In this document: piece after piece, positions 27,369 through 30,762 of the stretch
Layout: the number at the start of each line of letters is the position of its first letter
How positions within the stretch are numbered: the stretch's first letter is position 1
Assembly: GCA_044356455.1 (NCBI GenBank)
Contig: JBIKWF010000045.1
Coordinates: forward strand, 1 to 30,762
Source: Bdellovibrionota bacterium
GTDB taxonomy: Bacteria; Bdellovibrionota_C; UBA2361; JBGSMV01
Direction: 5' to 3'
Length of the DNA: 30,762 nt
Program-made: the position numbers and the translations under genes
The notes under the pieces: generated by a model
Database searches by the model: none
Told to the model about the DNA's origin: nothing
The model's input: the letters and a program-made list of their open reading frames with translations, nothing else

Positions 27369-27507
27369 GAAGCATAAGAGGCTTTGGAGACTAACTCAAC
27401 CTTTAGGCCCTTAAGACATCTAGGCTAAGTGTCTTGAAAGGAACACTGAAAGCTGCGCAGAATCCTGGTCAGAGTGGCTCTTTTCGGGCGGTCTGAGGGT
27501 AGGCAGC

Positions 27508-28485
27508 ATGATTAAACTTAATGAGCGTGAGCGGAGGATGCTCACGCTTCTTCGACTACAGAAGGAGCTTCTTACAGTTCCCGACCTCGCTCGAGAGCTT
27601 AAGATTCGCTCGCATTCTGCGCGCTATGCCCTTGAGCGCCTTCGCTCAATGGGACTCTATAAGCCAAGTGTTTGGAGCGATCCCTTTTCGCTCGGACAAT
27701 TCTCCATGGGCCTATACTTTTCTGTTGCCCTTGGTTCAAAGCGGCTAAAACCTGCTCTGACGTGGCTGCTTAAGGAACCGCGCGTCACGTGGGTAGCAAG
27801 ACTCAGCGGCCGGTTCCATTATGGGATTGGATACCGAGTTGAAGGCCTGCCTGAGATGGCACGCTTTCTAAACGAGTTTGATAAGGCGACAAGTGGAATT
27901 GTGACCGACAGAAGCGCAAATACCAGGCTCGAACTCGTCAATTCCCGCGTCATACTATGGGGCAAGAGGGCCGGTTGCGTGGACACCCTTCGCGCCGATA
28001 TCGCTCGAGGCCGGGAAAGAATCGATAACGTTGACCATGCAATTATTGAGGCTCTCCACAAAGATGCTGAGCTTTCGGCTTCTGATCTAGAAGCCTTGTT
28101 AACTATCCCAAAGCGCACGATCCAGGGACGCCTCAAACGCCTGCGTCAGGATAAAATACTCTTGGGCTTCCTTAATTCCGCAGATCCTGCCCTCCTGGGA
28201 CATTCAAGCCACCTGCTGCTCATTGAAACTAAGGGACTTGGTTTTTCTTCCCGAGAAAGACTCTTCCGCACTACCACTGCAAACCCGTTTGTATTTACGA
28301 CGCTTGCGACACTTGGAACGTGGGACTTCGAGGTATTCTGCGCCACCCCTACCGCAAGAGACCTGCTTAGCCTAACCGATGAGATCGAAGAGACTCTCGG
28401 GGACTCTCTCCGGAGCATTCACACCATCACGATAGTCGATGAACTAAAGCTCGGGGGCGTCCAAGCATCGATAGAGAAATTTTAG
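27508..28485 (+). CDS. Tandem Lrp/AsnC-family regulator
   Basis: HTH1 TVPDLARELKIRSHSARYALERL with SGRFHY; HTH2 IPKRTIQGRLKRL with LGTWDF. Confidence 0.85.
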   Translation: MIKLNERERRMLTLLRLQKELLTVPDLARELKIRSHSARYALERLRSMGLYKPSVWSDPFSLGQFSMGLYFSVALGSKRLKPALTWLLKEPRVTWVARLSGRFHYGIGYRVEGLPEMARFLNEFDKATSGIVTDRSANTRLELVNSRVILWGKRAGCVDTLRADIARGRERIDNVDHAIIEALHKDAELSASDLEALLTIPKRTIQGRLKRLRQDKILLGFLNSADPALLGHSSHLLLIETKGLGFSSRERLFRTTTANPFVFTTLATLGTWDFEVFCATPTARDLLSLTDEIEETLGDSLRSIHTITIVDELKLGGVQASIEKF

Positions 28486-28535
28486 GCCCCTCCCGACCAA
28501 ATACCCCCCGCCACCATGCTGACATGAAGGCCCTG

Positions 28536-28596
28536 CTGCCTGAAAAAACGGCTGCCTCAAAAAAGGACTGCCTGAAAAAGCGACTAATGAAAAAGC
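28536..28596. repeat. 16-bp tandem repeat, three copies plus a degenerate fourth
   Basis: ctgcctgaaaaaacgg / ctgcctcaaaaaagga / ctgcctgaaaaagcga / ctaatgaaaaagc. Confidence 0.8.
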
Positions 28597-29210
28597 ACCT
28601 CTGTCCGCGACTGAACCTCGTCACGAGTTACTCCGGGAGCCAACTCACACAGAGTGAGCCCCGATGAGTCGATAGAGAAGACACCGAGCTCAGTAACGAC
28701 CATATGAACCACCTGGCGACCCGTAAGTGGCAAGGTACATTCCTTCACAAGTTTTGAGGCCCCGTCCTTTGAATTATGCTCCATAATCACAATGACGCGT
28801 TTGACACCAGCAACAAGGTCCATGGCACCCCCCATGCCCTTAACCATTTTCCCTGGCACCATCCAATTCGCCAGATCCCCCTTCATGGAGACTTGTAAGG
28901 CACCAAGTATTGCAAGGTCGATATGACCACCTCGAATCATGGCAAAAGAAGTAGCTGAATCGAAGTACGAGCTATCAGGCAATTCGGAGATAGTCTGCTT
29001 CCCTGCATTTATCAAATCAGGATCAATTTGCGCTTTGGTCGGATAGGGTCCCATTCCTAGCATGCCGTTCTCACTCTGAAGAGTAATGTCCATGCCTTTG
29101 GGCACATGATTGGCGACCAAGGTCGGAATACCGATGCCAAGGTTTACATAGTAACCGTCCTTCAGCTCAGCAGCCGCGCGAGCGCACATTTGGTCTTTCG
29201 TCCACGCCAT
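28584..29210 (-). CDS. scoB: 3-oxoacid CoA-transferase subunit B
   Basis: VNLGIGIPTLVAN, QSENG (catalytic Glu), GMGGAMDLV. Confidence 0.95.
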   Translation of the reverse strand: MAWTKDQMCARAAAELKDGYYVNLGIGIPTLVANHVPKGMDITLQSENGMLGMGPYPTKAQIDPDLINAGKQTISELPDSSYFDSATSFAMIRGGHIDLAILGALQVSMKGDLANWMVPGKMVKGMGGAMDLVAGVKRVIVIMEHNSKDGASKLVKECTLPLTGRQVVHMVVTELGVFSIDSSGLTLCELAPGVTRDEVQSRTEVLFH

Positions 29211-29214
29211 ATAA

Positions 29215-29919
29215 TTAGCCCTCTCGCGTTGTAGTAAACTCTATACGCTTCTCGAAGCGCTCTCCCTTAAAGACGCGCTGAACAAAAATGCCAGGGGTAT
29301 GAACATGGTCTGGATCAAGAGCCCCGTTGGGGACAAGCTCCTCGACTTCAACCACAGTAATTTTCCCCGCCATCGCCATGAGCGGATTAAAATTACGAGA
29401 GGTCTTTCGAAACACCAGGTTCCCCTCCGAATCAGACTTCCAAGCCTTCACAATCGCAAGATCTGCCCGCAGAGCGGTTTCCATCACATAGGTAACGCCA
29501 TGAAACTCGCGAGTTTCTTTTCCCTCGGCAACGATGGTCCCCACTCCAGTTTTCGTGAAGAAAGCCGGGATTCCAGAACCGCCTGCCCGAATTCTTTCGG
29601 CGAGCGTTCCCTGGGGATTAAACTCAAGCTGAAGCTCCCCACTAAGGTATTGCTGCTCAAATGTCTTATTCTCGCCAACATACGAAGAGATCATCTTCTT
29701 AATCTGACGAGTCTTGAGCATTAAACCGAGACCGAAATCATCAACGCCGCAATTATTTGAAATCACCGTCAGATTCTTTACCCCTGAATCTCGCAGGGCA
29801 AGAATACAGTGCTCTGGGATACCACAGAGGCCAAATCCTCCAGCCATGATGGTCATCCCATCAAAAAGGGCTCCGTCTAGCGCCTGAGCTGCATTGTTAT
29901 AGATTTTATTCATGGACAA
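29215..29919 (-). CDS. scoA: 3-oxoacid CoA-transferase subunit A
   Basis: GGFGLCGIPE, SNNCG, PQGTLAERIRAGG, RNFNP; 4 bp upstream of subunit B. Confidence 0.95.
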   Translation of the reverse strand: MSMNKIYNNAAQALDGALFDGMTIMAGGFGLCGIPEHCILALRDSGVKNLTVISNNCGVDDFGLGLMLKTRQIKKMISSYVGENKTFEQQYLSGELQLEFNPQGTLAERIRAGGSGIPAFFTKTGVGTIVAEGKETREFHGVTYVMETALRADLAIVKAWKSDSEGNLVFRKTSRNFNPLMAMAGKITVVEVEELVPNGALDPDHVHTPGIFVQRVFKGERFEKRIEFTTTREG

Positions 29920-30021
29920 ACCTGAATTTATTCAACGGGCACCTCGACTCAGCAAAGGACAACTCGCCCCGAGGATACTCAAGGCGGCAGACGCACTCAA
30001 GGGCCTTTGCAGCTCCAAGTT

Positions 30022-30078
30022 GGACACCCACCCTCTTCTGGCCTAGGCCCAAATCGCCTCGCCTAAATCGGACACCCA
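30022..30078 (+). repeat. Two GGACACCCA direct repeats upstream of the transposase
   Basis: Located at 30022-30030 and 30070-30078. Confidence 0.6.
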
Positions 30079-30134
30079 TAATTTTTCTCTTCCCCAAGCA
30101 ACTTTCCCCCAAAAACTCCGAACATAAGCGGACC

Positions 30135-30244
30135 GGAGTCTGTCCCACAGAAAATCTCTGCCACTTCATGTCGTGGTGGCAGCGGGGCAGCCTATCCGCG
30201 GATTGTGTTCAAAATGAACTATTAAAGTTCTGCGGGCACTCTCC
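30135..30244. mobile_element. Inverted-repeat element, copy B, directly upstream of the HUH transposase
   Basis: GGAGTCTGTCCCACAGAA...TTCTGCGGGCACTCTCC; homologous to copy A. Confidence 0.75.
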
Positions 30245-30268
30245 TATCTTTAACCGGAAGTATCGGCC

Positions 30269-30762
30269 ATGACTGGAGCACGCAGCGAAGTCTTTAAGAA
30301 AGACGAAATTGGTTTCTACCACTGCATCTCGCGCTGCGTCCGGAGGGCCTACCTCTGCGGCTACGACGAGCTCACAGGCGCCTCCTTCGAGCATCGCCGC
30401 TCCTGGATCCGAGACAGACTAAGCGGTCTCTCCAAGGTCTTCTGCATAGAAATCGCCGCCTACGCCATTATGGCGAACCACCTTCATACCCTCATAAGAA
30501 ATAGACCCGACATCGGAGCGAAGCTCAGCCCTAAGGACGTAGCTAAGAGATGGCTCAGGCTCTTTCCCCTGCGCTGGGTGAACGGGCGTCCTGCTGAGCC
30601 CAATGAGTTTGAGATCTACACCATCACCAGTGACCCCGGGCAGGTAGAGATTTATAGGGAGAGACTCTGCTGCATTAGCTGGCTAAACCGCTGCCTGTGT
30701 GAGCACATCGCAAGGCGCGCCAATGCGGAGGATAAGTGTACGGGGAGGTTCTGGGAGGGGCG
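30269..30762 (+). CDS. REP-associated tyrosine transposase (RAYT/TnpA-REP, Y1 HUH), truncated by the window end
   Basis: Manual translation: MTGARSEVFKKDEIGFYHCISRCVRRAYLCG...AYAIMANHLHTL...ARRANAEDKCTGRFWEG; HUH motif HLH. It has no stop inside the window, which probably explains its absence from the ORF track. Confidence 0.92.
   Translation, partial: MTGARSEVFKKDEIGFYHCISRCVRRAYLCGYDELTGASFEHRRSWIRDRLSGLSKVFCIEIAAYAIMANHLHTLIRNRPDIGAKLSPKDVAKRWLRLFPLRWVNGRPAEPNEFEIYTITSDPGQVEIYRERLCCISWLNRCLCEHIARRANAEDKCTGRFWEG

Noticed and set aside
21834..28485. Siroheme decarboxylase call for the double-Lrp proteins
   Set aside because: No heme-biosynthesis context and no recognisable HxYxR motif.
28536..28596. 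CRISPR array
   Set aside because: Units are contiguous with no spacers, and there are no cas genes.
110..29724. Many 60-160 aa ORFs overlapping well-supported genes
   Set aside because: Shadow or alternate frames with no motifs.
29906..30394. ORFs 29906..30169 and 30209..30394 on the minus strand
   Set aside because: They run through repeat DNA or antisense to the transposase.

Overview
Bacterial chromosomal window of about 24 genes; no rRNA, tRNA or CRISPR was recognised. Metabolic and housekeeping genes: PTS Enzyme I (split by a frameshift at a (GA)6 tract), a GGQ-motif ribosome-rescue factor, an SDR oxidoreductase, an M14 metallopeptidase, a MazG-like pyrophosphatase, a CheY-like receiver, a GH31 glucosidase, a LivK-like binding protein and 3-oxoacid CoA-transferase A/B. 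These are mixed with several orphan ORFs and three HTH regulators. Most notable: (1) an HUH (RAYT/TnpA-REP-like) transposase at the right edge, missing from the ORF track, preceded by a ~110-bp inverted-repeat element with a second, transposase-less copy 16 kb away; (2) a Hef/FANCM-type helicase with a greatly expanded insertion domain and no nuclease; (3) a T7 endonuclease I-like PD-(D/E)XK domain inside a large orphan; (4) a Clp ATPase lacking both N and middle domains; (5) a symmetric dif-like site; (6) a permease-less binding protein beside a wHTH regulator with twin candidate operators and tandem-Lrp genes. All family assignments come from motif recognition by eye, not database searches.
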